64,000 nucleotides of DNA from Raillietiella orientalis (taxonomy: Eukaryota), in the NCBI GenBank assembly GCA_036172245.1, contig JAYWIR010000018.1, positions 1,054,001-1,118,000 of the forward strand, given 5' to 3'. How positions within the stretch are numbered: position 1 is the first letter of the stretch; each line of letters opens with the position of its first letter. The notes below the pieces were generated by a model, which saw only the letters and a list, made by a program, of their open reading frames with translations, was not told the DNA's origin and did no database searches. This document shows, piece by piece, positions 1 through 12,424 of the stretch. The position numbers were made by a program, and so were the translations under genes.

Positions 1-1690
1 CGAGAGTCCTCGCGGTGCGAAGAACCGTCGCAGCACATCTTCGGCGGCGTCCTCTTCGTGCAGGAGCACTGCTGCCAGCCTCCGCTACAGTTCCTGGAGG
101 ACACCGCAGTCCGAAAGCAAGTGCGAGATCGACTCCGTCGACCTGCACCTGGCACAGTTCGAAGATACAACCCCTCTGGAAACTCGGTGCCGCCTTTCGT
201 TGCACTAGAATCCCCAATGCAGGAAGAGCAGCATGTCCGGTCTCCAACCAAGCGAGGACACTGATGCATTAACGCAGTTTGGCGAGACCACAAGTTCTTC
301 GGGAGCAACATTCAACAGTTCGCACCACCGGAGAAGTCCCGTCGCAATTGTACGTGGAATGGCAGCATCCTCCAACTCGCCCGTCTTCCAGTCACAAGGA
401 GTTTGGTTTTTCGCACTATGGTGCAGGAAAACCTCCACATCGCCGGTAGGCTACTGTCATCTCTGGCCTTGAGGGCAGACAGCACTGCGGCAAGGGACGT
501 AGCGGCCAGCAGCCCAAAAGGGTCGACCACTTCGCTGCGTCCTGCATCACCACTTCCAACGGTCGCGGTAGCAGATACCGAAGGGGGTAAAGATCTTCAG
601 AACCCAGGACTCAACTCCTGCCGCCAAGCATTGGAGTTCGTCGGGCGGCAGGAGATCCACGAGTGGACTTCCAGTAGAGAGGCAAGTTGCCTCAGGGGGA
701 AGCCGAATTACCGCATCCTGTAGTGGGTGCCCAGCAGCAGCAGAAGCGGTCCTTCGCTGCCGGTGCATCTCCGTAGGATGATGTGTGCAGGTGCACACAT
801 CGGGGAATTCCACAGCTTGATAAACAGTGGAACTGCACTTGCAGCACGGTTCTGTCCAGCGTCAGGCTGTCCAAGCCGGCATGCCGACGCGGAGCCGCCC
901 AGTCCTTGAGGCGAATCCTGGACCTCGCAGGTCCCTACAGAGCGTGCTGCAACAGGCGCTGAGCCCGGAGCTTGGTCGAGTAGGGGGGCGGACAAGAAAA
1001 AACAAGGGGAGGAGGACGGGACCCACAGAGATCAACGAAATGGTGGCTCCATTCCTGCATGTAAGGTGAGAGGGAATCCTCGGACGGGAACTCAACACCG
1101 ATGGATGAACCCCACCCTTTCCTGCCCGACACGGGCCCTCAGGAAGCATGCTTATTACCGTCAGGACGACCCATCGCGTTCTCTATTTATTTATGCCCTT
1201 CTCTGACTGTACGAACTTTTATTTGTTCATCGCAAATAAATGACCCGGAAACCCGGGGCAATGAGGTTACTCCTTGGGCTCTTGCCTTAAAGAAAATAAA
1301 CACCCAGGGGCAGGAGGAGTCTGGTGGTATTCTATGCAACAACAGGGTTCACGAAAGGGAGTGGCAAATGTCCCGGCAGATCGGCCGCGTAAAAGAGGAA
1401 GGGACGGTTGAAGGGAGGGTCGATGAATCGACATATAAGCGAGGGAGGAAAAGGAGTCCACCTGGTCGCATCCTCTGTAGTCCTCGTGTAATTCAGGAAG
1501 GTATTCTCCTTCTCTGCTTCTTGCAGATGGAACCACTTCTCCACTCTCCTCGACGCGGGCGAGGCGGGCGCGTGGTCTATCATCTGACGCGTGCAACGGG
1601 GTAATGCGGGCCAAGGGAATGCCGCTACGGGAGGGTCTAACCGCCCCTCACTCTTCCGTGCTCCTTCTTTACCGGCACCTCCCTTTCGCA
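1..1690 (-). mobile_element. Degenerate L1/Tx1-like non-LTR retrotransposon ORF2 (RT core, thumb, C-terminal CCHC), family B; runs off window start
   Basis: Minus-strand translation across frameshifts gives RGCDQVDSFSSLAYM (RGxRQGDPLSP-like, ~1440-1480) and FYAADL (YADD-like, ~1380-1395). It also gives RIRLKDWAAPRRHAGLDSLTL..KLWNSPMCAPA (thumb; aligns with the copy at 11 kb), LLRWCELL..LLFLHWG and a clean C-X2-C-X7-H-X4-C (CARCRSTESISHLLSDC, 106-156). Confidence 0.8.
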
Positions 1691-1696
1691 CCGTGA

Positions 1697-2289
1697 ATGC
1701 CACCCTAAGGTACGTGTCAAGTCTTCAAGATACGAGGTGCCCAGGAGGGGACCACCCTATGAATCCAGGAAGGTTCCGGAGGAAGGAGTCCGTTTCTTTC
1801 ACACTTAGAAGAGGAATCCCGAAGGGAACCTCTCCCTTATTCTTTCCGGAGGGACCCCCAGGAGGAGGCCTCTCCATTATTTCTTCTTCGGAGAGGACCG
1901 GCAAGGGAATCACTCCTCATTTCCTGACCTGAAGAGAACTCCGAAGGGACGCTCCCCAATTTTCTCTGAAGGGGGTAGAGCACATCTTCACACTCTGGAG
2001 AGGTATCCATCCACCAACCCCATGGTACGAGATGGATGCTCCATCTTCGCGACCGGAGAGGAATCCCGAAGGACTTCCTGATTCCCGGAAAACAAAATTC
2101 CAATCCTGGCCACTCATCGTGAGCATCCGGCTTCCACGAGCGCCCCAGCCTAAGCCAACCAGTGTCATCTTGAGGGAGAAATTCGAACCCAACACACACC
2201 CATTTCTCTGGCGTCAATGCTTCTCCGGGAGGGATTAGAACCCGAGACGCCTGGTGCCGCGCGCAAAGACCGCAGCCACACCCTCGCCG
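1697..2289 (-). mobile_element. tRNA-derived composite SINE, copy 1 (3' tail truncated)
   Basis: The minus strand begins GTGGCTGCGGTC..GGCACCAGGCGTCTCGGGTTCTAATCCC (A/B-box-like). It shares CAAGATGAC, GAAGCCGGATGC and CCTGGATTCATAGGGTGG blocks with the other copies and has 4 internal ~40-bp units. Confidence 0.75.
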
Positions 2290-5200
2290 GGGCCTTTTTC
2301 GAAACAGGGACCGTTGTCAAGTGACGGAAGGATAGGGGTGTTCCCTAAGGGAACTATACGGGATACTGGTCGAAAACATCCGTCCCTCCTCCTCCCTCTG
2401 CGGTGCCTCCGTGGCGGTCACCCTCTCCTGTGTCCGCAGGGCAACTCGGATGGAACTCGGGTCGGCAGCTGTCTGAACAGGAACAGGGAAGGTGGTAGGT
2501 ACCGCCGATAGTGGGTAATGGGCACGCCATCTGGACTCGCCATCACGTCCTTGAGCAACTCCAGGAAAGCCGTCTCGATTCCATCGGTCGGTAAAGCCCT
2601 CATCCATCTGTTTTCTTTACTGAGCGTTCAGGCGCTTCATCACTCAGTAGAGGATCCTCTCCTTGGCCCCTTGACTAGATTTGTCTCCGGAACAGCTCGG
2701 TGCCGTGGATGGGGAAGGCTCCATCTCTGCAATCCCTATTTTCGTAACGAATGTGGAAGATGACCGTTGTTAGCTTCACTTTTTCCAGCACTTCTATTTC
2801 CTTCTTGACGTTCCGGTCTAATTACCTTCTCTGGTACTGTTCCCAGCACAAGGAACGGGAAAGATGATGTTCTTTGCACCTCCCAGTATGCTTCTTCCCT
2901 CAGCTTCCTGTCCCCGTATTGCATGTCCGAAAATAAGTAGACTGCATGTTTTATGTGATTCGTCGTCCACGCTGTAGAACGTTTGTCGTGTCCAGAATGG
3001 TTTCCACGACGATTTGATTTACATTGGGTTGCGCAATTTCTCCCTTAGTGGGATCATTCCCCTGTATTAGGTTCCAAACCGCCCCTCTGGTTGTGAGTTC
3101 CTGGATTCCGGACAGGTGGATGGGAATCCGAGACTTCCCCGATCGCTCTTCTGCTGAGAATCAGATAGTTTTAGCAACGATGGGCGATGCCCGTGTAAAC
3201 CGAGAAGTCCCCGACAGATGGGACTATCATCTGAATGCCTGCAAAGTCGATCCCCTTCTTGTGAACGGTGAAATATATATCTTGCACCGCATTATTAGTA
3301 AAGGATCCCATGAAGGACGTCACGATGGTTCCTTCTGGACCGAAATCCCGCACGAGTCTTCCCTCGTTTCTTCGATTTTCTCTCTGACGATCACACCGCG
3401 CTCGGCGGTTGTCGCGGAAGCTCCCGTTAGCAAGGACGCTGCCACCGTCGTGTACCAAGTCGGCACTCTACTCACCGTCGCCGATGTCCTTGTCGCCGTC
3501 GCTCGTCCTCTAAGATTCTCCATTCTCTCCATCATCCTTTCTTCGTTTGGAGGTGGTGGAGGTTCTCCCGTTCCGCACCCCACACTGGTCCGCCTCATTG
3601 GCCTCTCTCTTCTTGTCCTATCAGGACACACAATTTGCCGCGGCAGCAGTACTTCACACTGCCTCATCAGATAACCCACCGACTGTGAACGACAGAGATG
3701 TGTGAGTATCTCCTTCAGAAGTCTATTTGTACGACTCCCCGTAGACAACTAGCTCAATGTGAAACATGCCACAGAAGTTATCGACTCCTACATTCTTTCC
3801 TTCTCAATGAACAAGTTTTTCGACTCCGAGAAGAATCACCCTGCACGCAAATCATTATTTTCAGTTGCACAACATTTGTCAAGAGGCATTTCTGAATCAA
3901 ACGTACACACGGATCAGAACAAGAATGAACAACGGATCATGTAAAATACAACCTTGCTATGTCTTCTTGTATGCAAGACTTCAGTTTTTCAGGCTGCTAC
4001 TCTACATCTTAAATACGAGTTCGCAGAGATAGTAACAGTGGGAGTCAGAGTCTCCGCAAAATCCTTATTTTCAAAATGCAAGTTCGGCAGGATGTAATAA
4101 ATATTCTGGGGTCCTTTATTGCCCCTGCTGAATGCAATAACTTTCGGTATACAAGTGCTCGGCGTACCTGTGGAATATCTTCTACGTGAAATGCCCAGCT
4201 AGGTGCAAACAGATTTTTTATTCGGGTTGTGCTGGAACTGCAGGAAATGGAAAGTGCCCTCAAAGAGAAACTACGAGAGAGGACGAAGGATTTCTGTCAT
4301 TAAAGCATTAGGAAACTCCTTGAGACAAAGAGTTTTTAGAAGGGAATACTATGAACATGGTACATCGTTCAACACCAAGCCTTATAATAGTACGGCTTGG
4401 AGTACTTATTTTGATTTATAATAAAAAATCAAAATAAGAACTTTCATTTAAAAACAGAAGGTGCAAGATGATGAACTCCACTTCTACATAACGAAATAAA
4501 TTGTCTAAAGAGGTCCAAGAGACTAGAACAAATAAGTTGTAGACTGCAACAGATCGAATTCGTGGAGAAGTGCGATTAAGCTCCAAGAATATCGATAAGT
4601 ATATGTGTAAAAAAAAAAACGCATCTCATTCCTTATATGAGCACTCATGGCGAAAGGTAGAAAGTGTCCTCTTTCGAGGTGCATTTTTGCTGCTATTCTT
4701 TGCTCTCAGTTCCATTTCTGAGGCAACTGCAAACAACGCTAAAGCATAAGCATTCCAGAAGAAAGTGAAAACCTGAATCACACAAAAACAAACTCAAGAG
4801 TTCGTCTCAAAAAAATCATGAACCAAATGTTTGGCTTTTGAATTATGAAAACAGACATTTTGCCATGAATCTAGGCAGAGACCCACCCACACCTACACAC
4901 ACAACACAGCGTGAAAGGAAGACTCCTTCAATCGAAGGTGTAAAGTTAAGAACGAAGAATGACTCAGGTCCCCTAATGTATTTCCTTTTCTCCCACCTTT
5001 CCATCGTCCCAATTTCCTCACCTTTCCCATGCAAATAGTATCCCGAATAAAAGCGCAAAAATCAAATCACGACAACCAAACGTTTACTTCGAATTCCGCA
5101 CCAAAACATATTTGCCAAATTTGTGAATACCTGAGACCAGTCTTCTTTTCTGATCCATGAATTTTCCTACTGAATTACTACTGATTAATAGATATATAAT

Positions 5201-6086
5201 CTACTCTATATCTGTAGTATAACTATATACATATGTTGCAAGTGTGCTCCGTTTTCTTGAATACAGTGAATGTTGTCTCAAGACAGTTTTGCCTCACCTT
5301 GTTTTCTCTACAGAATTCTCCATATACAAATAGGCAGGAAACTCCAGTAATAACATTGCTTTTGAAGTGAATTTCCACACGCACACACACAAAATATATA
5401 TATATATATACGTTACTCTGGTTACCCAAGAATCTCATTATGCAATAGTGGTTGTTAGGATGTGTTTAATATCCGTTTTAGATCAAAACTTACTTTTTTA
5501 TAAAGATCACAAAGCTGAACTGCCCAATCATGGAAGCATCTAGTAATCATCTAATGATTATTCCCAATCATCATTATTTTTTTCCAAAAAAAAAAAAGCA
5601 AGGTTAATAGAGGTTCTTTGAGCAATACAGACAAAAATGCGAGGAGAAAAGGAGCAAATTTCGGGTCTAAAAAATGAAAGAAACAGTTGGAATAAGCATC
5701 TAAATTAAAATATTGAAGTTATTAAACAAATCATTTCCTTTCGTAGCATTCCAAGTGCATTTTAATTTAACATCTAGGACTGGTAACTTCAGCCCTAGCG
5801 TATTAAATTCCAATTTTGTTGACGTCAAATTCTTCTGGTTTAAAACTGAGTGCACACAGGTTTGCTCGAAAGGCTATATAAGATACAGAAAATTTCGTCT
5901 ACATAGTACCTAATTGCAGAAAATGCATTTTTCAAAGTTTGTAGAGGTGAAAAATATTCTTCAGACTCCTTGCAAAATGGTTACTTCACGGTTGTTACCC
6001 CTCCGAGTTCACATAGTAACTCCAACGCAGTTGCTGTTTTTGTTTTGTAGTAGTAGGAGTAATGAAAGTAGTTATAGGATTTCATA

Positions 6087-6129
6087 ATTACAGCATTTTC
6101 TAATTAAAATAATTAGAAAATGCTGTAAT
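6087..6129. repeat. Perfect 20-bp inverted repeat with 3-nt loop
   Basis: ATTACAGCATTTTCTAATTA-AAA-TAATTAGAAAATGCTGTAAT; the arms are exact reverse complements. Confidence 0.95.
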
Positions 6130-7711
6130 ATTTGTCTGTATTTATCTGTGAAATACAGATATGTCGAGAATCACTAAACATTAAAGCAATGAATAAGTGC
6201 CATTTTGGATCAAAGTACAGAGTAGTTAAATGCTGAACTAGTATTTATTTATAAACTAAGTACTGCTTTAAAAAAAATTCAAGTTCATATTTCAGAACAA
6301 TCAAGAAATGAATATAGGGAATAAAACGAAAAACCTATAGCATGCAGATGTCAACACAGTTAAGAGGGAAAACAAGTTTTCCATTCGAACAATTCTCCGA
6401 AGTGTACCCAGTTTCATTTGAAATACAAGTACACACAAATGAGATTCGTAATTTTTACTAATCTTATCTCCGAGTTCACCACTTCTCAATCTAGTCTGAA
6501 CGTGTCTTGTGCTTACAGATTTCGGTGGCCTCTGCTGTAATTACATATATTTTTCTCCTGAAATGTAAGTGGTAAAGTTGAAATTTTCACTTGAAGTTTT
6601 CCAAGAAACATGCAATATTCATGAATTATGTTTTCAAGCATTACTGAATGAAATAAAATACGTGTTCTGTTTCACTTCCTCATCAATAATGAATGTGTTG
6701 TTTTTTTAGTTTTTTTTGCCTCTCTCGAATTGGTTGCAGATACATAGCAGGGTCCATTTTCGGGCGCATTGTTTTTTTTTGTTGATCCAACCAAGGGAGC
6801 AAGCAAAAACCAAAATGTTTACCTAGTGAATGCCTCACACAAGTTTGTTTAAGATAAAGAAAATGTTTGACAGTTTTTAATGAAGAATCACAACCTATCA
6901 TGCCACTGCGTATTTCACCATCCTTTGGGGAACTGAGTACAAAAAACATTCTTTTTCCCACTGGCTGTATAGTTCGGAATCTTGTTTCAGCACACATGTC
7001 AAACAGGCCAAACAAATGTTTTTTCAAAATGGAGACTTTATATTTAAGGTTATGCAGTAGACAATTTTAATTTACATATTCAAACTTTTTGTATTGATGT
7101 CTAATTACAGTGATGACAAATGGTAATGTCAGTGTTGTTTACTTTGATTAGAAAACTCATAAACATTCAGAAAGTAAAGCATATCAATATAATCTACTCA
7201 ACTTAAATGTATGGAAAAAAGAAAACTTCTTTCCTTGCATGGGCTTCAAGAAATGGTTCAAGTAGTAATCAAAGGAAGACTTTATGCACTCAGAATTTAA
7301 TTAATCCAATGTCACCTCTGATCAAACCACATACGATTCAGAAACCAAAATATTTCATACCACACACATCAGAAAACCAAGGAAGTCGAGCAGGCAGCAA
7401 CTATTATGTTGAATATGCAGCAACCCAACAGAATGAAATTCAACATTTATGGAATGGAAATCTGGATGAGTACCAAAAGCAAAGAAAATGTTTTGAAGTT
7501 GGCAAAGAATCGAGTCCCATATCCCATACTGAGTATACAAAACTGACACAGGCTAATTTCCACAAAATATCTACTGACTCACACATAACAAGGGTTATCA
7601 CAAGTTTGTGACACTGGAATACTGAAAATACCTAAAAATTTTACAAATACTTTACATATGTGACAACAGTATTTCTTATAATTATAACTACAATATTCTA
7701 CAATGCAAATA

Positions 7712-8239
7712 TTACATTTCCATTTGCTTTTGACCAACAACTTGGAAGATGCTGTCTGAATCTAATCCTGCAAGCTGCATTTTCTGCTGCACTGCAGCAA
7801 TGGGTACCCCAACATTCACCATTTTTTTGTAAGGAGTCAAATCAACGCCTTCTGATGGAGACAAAACATCTGCATTAGTTTCTTCCGCAGGGTTTTGCTC
7901 TGTCTGTTGCTTTCCTGAAATTAATGGTTCTGCAGGTTGAACTGATACTGTTTCTTCATTGGAAATGGCTGAGATGGTGTTCAAATCAATTGAAGCTAAT
8001 TTATATTCCAAAAGCTGAAGGGATGCATCCAAAACCTGGAGCTGATGGTTTGCTTTCTCTAGCTGGGCATCACATTTTCTAGCAAATCCATTCAGTAATT
8101 GAACAGCTGAAGTCACTATATCATTACAAAAGGCCTGTATTCTTTCTTTGGACATTGGTGAAGAAGCCACTTCATTCTGTCCAAAAGAAAAGTTTGCAAC
8201 ATCATTTTTTGCCTGTCCATTGAAACTATTGTAGGACAT
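7712..8239 (-). CDS. WASHC3: WASH complex subunit 3 (CCDC53), single exon, ~175 aa
   Basis: The N-terminal coiled coil (KERIQAFCNDIVTSAVQLLNGFARKCDAQLEKANHQLQVLDASLQLLEYKLASI) and C-terminal YKKMVNVGVPIAAVQQKMQLAGLD match the WASHC3 signature (human YLKMVQVGVPVMAIRNKMISEGLD). First in-frame ATG is at 8239. Confidence 0.9.
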   Translation of the reverse strand: MSYNSFNGQAKNDVANFSFGQNEVASSPMSKERIQAFCNDIVTSAVQLLNGFARKCDAQLEKANHQLQVLDASLQLLEYKLASIDLNTISAISNEETVSVQPAEPLISGKQQTEQNPAEETNADVLSPSEGVDLTPYKKMVNVGVPIAAVQQKMQLAGLDSDSIFQVVGQKQMEM

Positions 8240-9539
8240 GAAAATACTTAATTCCCTCAATCGATTTTCACATAATTCATCAGCATTTTGGCTGCTAAGA
8301 GCATTTCCTAACAATAAACTCGTTTTTCAATAGTTGTGTGAAGACTATTGTTAACATTATGAATGAACATCACATTAGCTGCCTGAAATCAATTTCGATG
8401 ATTTTGCTGAATAAATGAACACACTGTATTTTCGCCTGAAGGCAGATAGCACAACTCTGAAAAAAAACTCCTTGGTTCACTCAATTCATCCTAGTTAATG
8501 GAGAATTCATCGCATGCCACTTTTTATAGGCATCTAAAGCATGCACTCTTCCTGTCAGCAAGGATTCCGTTCTAATGAGCTACATTGCTATTAAATCAGA
8601 CGTACTTCCATCTAAAAGCTTCGGAGCATTGGTTTGTTTAGTCACCGTTGGGTACTGACACAATCAAACGGCTCAACATCTTAAATTGAATGCGTTTTTT
8701 TTTTTAGCACTAACAAAAAAAACTTCAAGCACTTCAACGTCCACGTTAGCACGACGTCAGCTTCACGCGCACTCTGCAAACGAAATCTCACATGCTGCTT
8801 GTGCGTGGAATTGCTTATTGTACACTGCATTCCGTACCATCCATTAAATACAAGCTTTGTGTTGCTTTCCCATTTCTCTTTGAAAAAAAACTGGTAAATA
8901 CCTACAACCGAAATAATTCTTCTGTATGCGCGTTTTACACAGCACCAAGTCCAAATTGAACGCATATGAGGCAAATCAATAAAATAAGTAGAAAGAATGT
9001 AACGTAAGAAAGAAAACGCTCGACTGATGAGAGCGTGCAAGGATCCGTGTACGAAACTGAATGGTATAGTACAAAACGTTACGAAAATTTTCGGATCAGC
9101 CTCTCCAGGTTGAGAAGATGGAATCACTGTTAGATGAATCATTTGGTGCGCCGCCAAGTGATTATGAATTATGAAAGATTCGAATTCGTGTACTCGAATT
9201 ATGAAAGGGTTTTTTAAAAAAAGGATGAAGTACCTACGGTTGACCAGGCATGAAAATTCAAATAGCCTTCCCACATCCTCTTACTTCCCTGAAGTCAGAT
9301 TGTACTCAAAGAGTTAGATGACTCCGTTTAAGGAGGAATAGCGACAAACCATTTCGTTACCACATCCGAAGATTGAACCGGGAAGCTTGAAGCGAGACTG
9401 AGAAGTTACTCAGCATTCTATCCATAGGATCCATATGGATGATGGAAATATGGAGATGGAGTCCCTTTGGGGGTTCGGGGTTTTTTTTTTTTTGTCTTCA
9501 CTGTTTTCCTTCCAGTGTTTTCTTTCAGGCTTTCATTCT

Positions 9540-10112
9540 TTTGGTTCGCCAAGTACCTCAAGAACCGCCGCGCGCCTGGAGGCTCACGCAGCTCTTAAAC
9601 GCTGTCCATGCCACCCGAGGGAGCATGTAATTCTTCAAGGTAGGGAGTAATCCCGGGAGGGAACCATCCTATGAATCCAGGAAGAACTCCGGAGAAGGGA
9701 GTCTCATTCCTCTCACGCATCGAAGGGAACCCTCCATCCTGGTTGTCTCCGAAGAGAACCCCAAAGGGGTCTGCTCCATTTTTTCTTCTCCGAAGGGAAT
9801 CCGCAAGGAAGCGGCATGTTTCTCTGCACTCTGAAGAGGAATCATGAATCCACTAGCTCCATGGTACGAGACGGGGGTCCCCTCGAAGGGGGATCCGCTC
9901 CTTTGCACAATTGGAAGGACTCCCTGATTCAGTTCCTGGAAGGACCTCGGAGGGTCGACTCCCAACTCCGGCCACTCATCGGGGGCATCCGGTTTGAACC
10001 GCCACCGGTGCCTCACCTGAACGAATATAGGCCAGCGTCATCTTGCAGGAGAAACTCGAACCCACGATGCACCCCCATTTCTCGGCGTCGATTCTTTCCG
10101 AGTATTCGAACC
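9540..10112 (-). mobile_element. Composite SINE, copy 2 (5' head truncated at first B-box)
   Basis: Minus strand GGTTCGAATACTC...GGGTTCGAGTTTCTCCTGCAAGATGAC, 2 internal units, and the complete tail GGTTCTTGAGGTACTTGGCGAACCAAAA. Confidence 0.75.
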
Positions 10113-10899
10113 ATAATTTACTGATGGAGGTGGCATACAAAAAAATACCTTACCAACCGAAATAAAGAAATAACTTCTGTTTTTGGTAAACTGATTGCTT
10201 TGAAGGTGAATGAAAATATCTTCACTGAAGAGACTGTGCTTGTTCTCAGAGTTGCAGCTTCAAGATCTTGTTTTTAACCACGGTCACAATTCCTTAAAAG
10301 TTGCTCATCATTTCGTCAAAATCTCTCAGGAGTCTAATCACACAGCCTGATGTTGCTATATTTGTGGAACTCAACTGGTGACAGACTCGCGAAGGTCAGA
10401 CACCTGGTATTCTCGGAACTTCCTGGATGCTACTGATAAAGAAATACAATACAATACGCCTAGACTACAATTTGATGACTTTGGTTCCTCCTTTTTTTTC
10501 TCTAGGCGCTAATCCTTGCGATTGTAGGTGGTTCAGCTTAGTGACCGGCTGTTTGCTGTACGCCACCATCGAGGGATTGCCCATCATTCGATTCAGGCCA
10601 AAAGAGCTCTCCATTTCAGCTGATCCATGTCTTCGAATTTTGATCCCTCCTTCGAAGATGGCAGCTGCACATCGGTTGAGTCCAACGTGGAAAACGAGCT
10701 GGGAGACTCTTGCTGAGACTTTTGTCCCTGGTGGAGATATCGAACTAAGCTGGCCAGGACAAAGCTGGAGGAAAGCCCGACGACCCCGCACTTGCAAATT
10801 GGTCTTAAGATCAAGTAATCTGGGAACCTTTGTAAAGAGGCGCCCGAGTATCAGCTGCCTCAATTTCAGCTTTCGTCCTCGATGTGGATTCAATGCTCC

Positions 10900-12424
10900 A
10901 CGAGTGGAGGTCCGTGAAGCGGCACAGCCAGCCGCTCAGGACCTCTTCTGCTTCCTGCTTTTTGTTTGCTCCCCACCGAGAAGTACAAAGAGGCGTACGA
11001 AGGACCTCCTGAGAATCACCCTGCGGGGCCCAGAGAGGACCTGAGTCCGCCTGAAGGACTTGTTCGCTTCGCGTCGCGACGAAGGCCTCGGTCTTCTGAC
11101 GCTGGAACGCATGGAGCGTCAGCTCCAGTGGAGGACGGTTGCCCTAGTGGCAAAGCTTTGGAATACGAGCTGGTGCGAGCCCGCACCATACCTGGTCAAG
11201 CGATCCACCGCCTACGCGATACTGTCTTCGTTCCTGGAGTGGTGGCGCAGACACAACGTGTCCAGTTGCGGACTGGAGCTCCGGCAGGTGACCAAGCTGA
11301 TCAGGACCAACAACTGGATCTTCTGCCGGCTCGCAAACGGTAATGCCTGGCTGCAGGAAATCGTTCACACGTGGGCCAAGAACAACGGAGCGAGCCTGGG
11401 GATGCGGCAGCGACTGCTGCACTCCCTTCTACAACGGCCGCTCGCTGCAGGACGTCATCGCTCAGCCCATCAAGTGTGCGTGGGCGCAAAGAATCTCCCT
11501 AGCCGCTCATTGCCCTCCCTCAGAGAGCACCTGGGCAGTAACCAGCTGGCCAGATGGGAGATCAGTTGCGAAATCAGTCAGAAGACGAGGAAACTAGGTG
11601 GTCGGACCACGGACCAGCTCACGGACGCTGAGGCCCCAAGTGTCCCACCGAAGGGACTCTTGAGCTGGGATGAGCTACTGGGAATCCCTCAGGAAGACCT
11701 CGAGTGGCCCCCAGCAATGAGGAACAACCGGGCCCTTCCCCTGAAGTGACAGGAGTCGGCACTTCTGCTGTTGCACTGGGGTCTCCCGTGCAACACTTGC
11801 CGCTCTCACTGGACCTGGAGGTGGTGGACCCGAACTGCTGCAAATGCGGGGAACGGGAACCCGAACGAGATCCCGCACCTGCTTGTAGACTGTGTTGCCC
11901 TCCGGCCTTTGTGGATGCGTTACTCAGCGGCCCTTGGCCCACCAACGGACAATTCCAGGGACGTGACGAAGCGCTTCTTCGTGCGCGATGCCCTTTCGCC
12001 TGCTGCATCCCCAGTAGCTCTTTGCTGTTGCCTACGCAGGATTGCGGCAGTCCGGAGCTACACAAGAGGAGGACGGCGCGACAGGGAGACCATCTGCTTC
12101 TCCCTGCGCTTCCTGCGAATGGCAGCAAGACGGTCCACCTGGGACACACTCGGATGAAACTTGCCGGCATCCTGGAAAAGATGCAGAAGACGCCCTCCAT
12201 CACCCGGTGATCTCTTCCCTAACCCTCCCAGTTTTTTTGTATATATTTTTTTGTTCTATTTTTATTTTTGTTGACTCCCTCCCCCTCTGCCGAGGCGAAC
12301 CTCGTTGGCCCGCGTGCCAGTTACTTGGCAGGTTCCGAGCATTTTCGGACAATGTAGGGCCGATGGCCCTGCACACGTATTCATTTTTTATAATAAACGT
12401 CCCTGAGTGACTGGGTGATAAACC
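10900..12424 (+). mobile_element. L1/Tx1-like LINE 3' portion (thumb, CCHC, structured 3' UTR), family A copy 1
   Basis: Translates as FLLFVCSPP..RT*VRLKDLFASRRDEGLGLLTL (EGGLG thumb motif), LLSWDELLGIP, LLLLHWGLPCN and EIPHLLVDC. A T-rich 3' UTR follows, with two stem-loops and AATAAA at 12392-12397. The 5' boundary is uncertain. Confidence 0.8.

Noticed and set aside
1234..1260. AATAAATGACCCGGAAACCCGGGG resembling the family A terminal motif
   Set aside because: It lies inside the minus-strand RT region of a LINE, so the resemblance is probably coincidental.
3641..3670. Hammerhead-like CTGATGA plus stem on the minus strand (also CTGATGA..GAAA at ~9024)
   Set aside because: The first lacks GAAA after the stem; the second lacks a paired stem II.
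2740..3750. Possible decayed gag/protease or ORF1 on the minus strand
   Set aside because: Looks coding-like, but has no intact CCHC or protease motif, so no family can be assigned by eye.
8681..9274. 197-aa minus-strand ORF
   Set aside because: Non-ATG start, no recognisable motif, and it crosses homopolymer runs.
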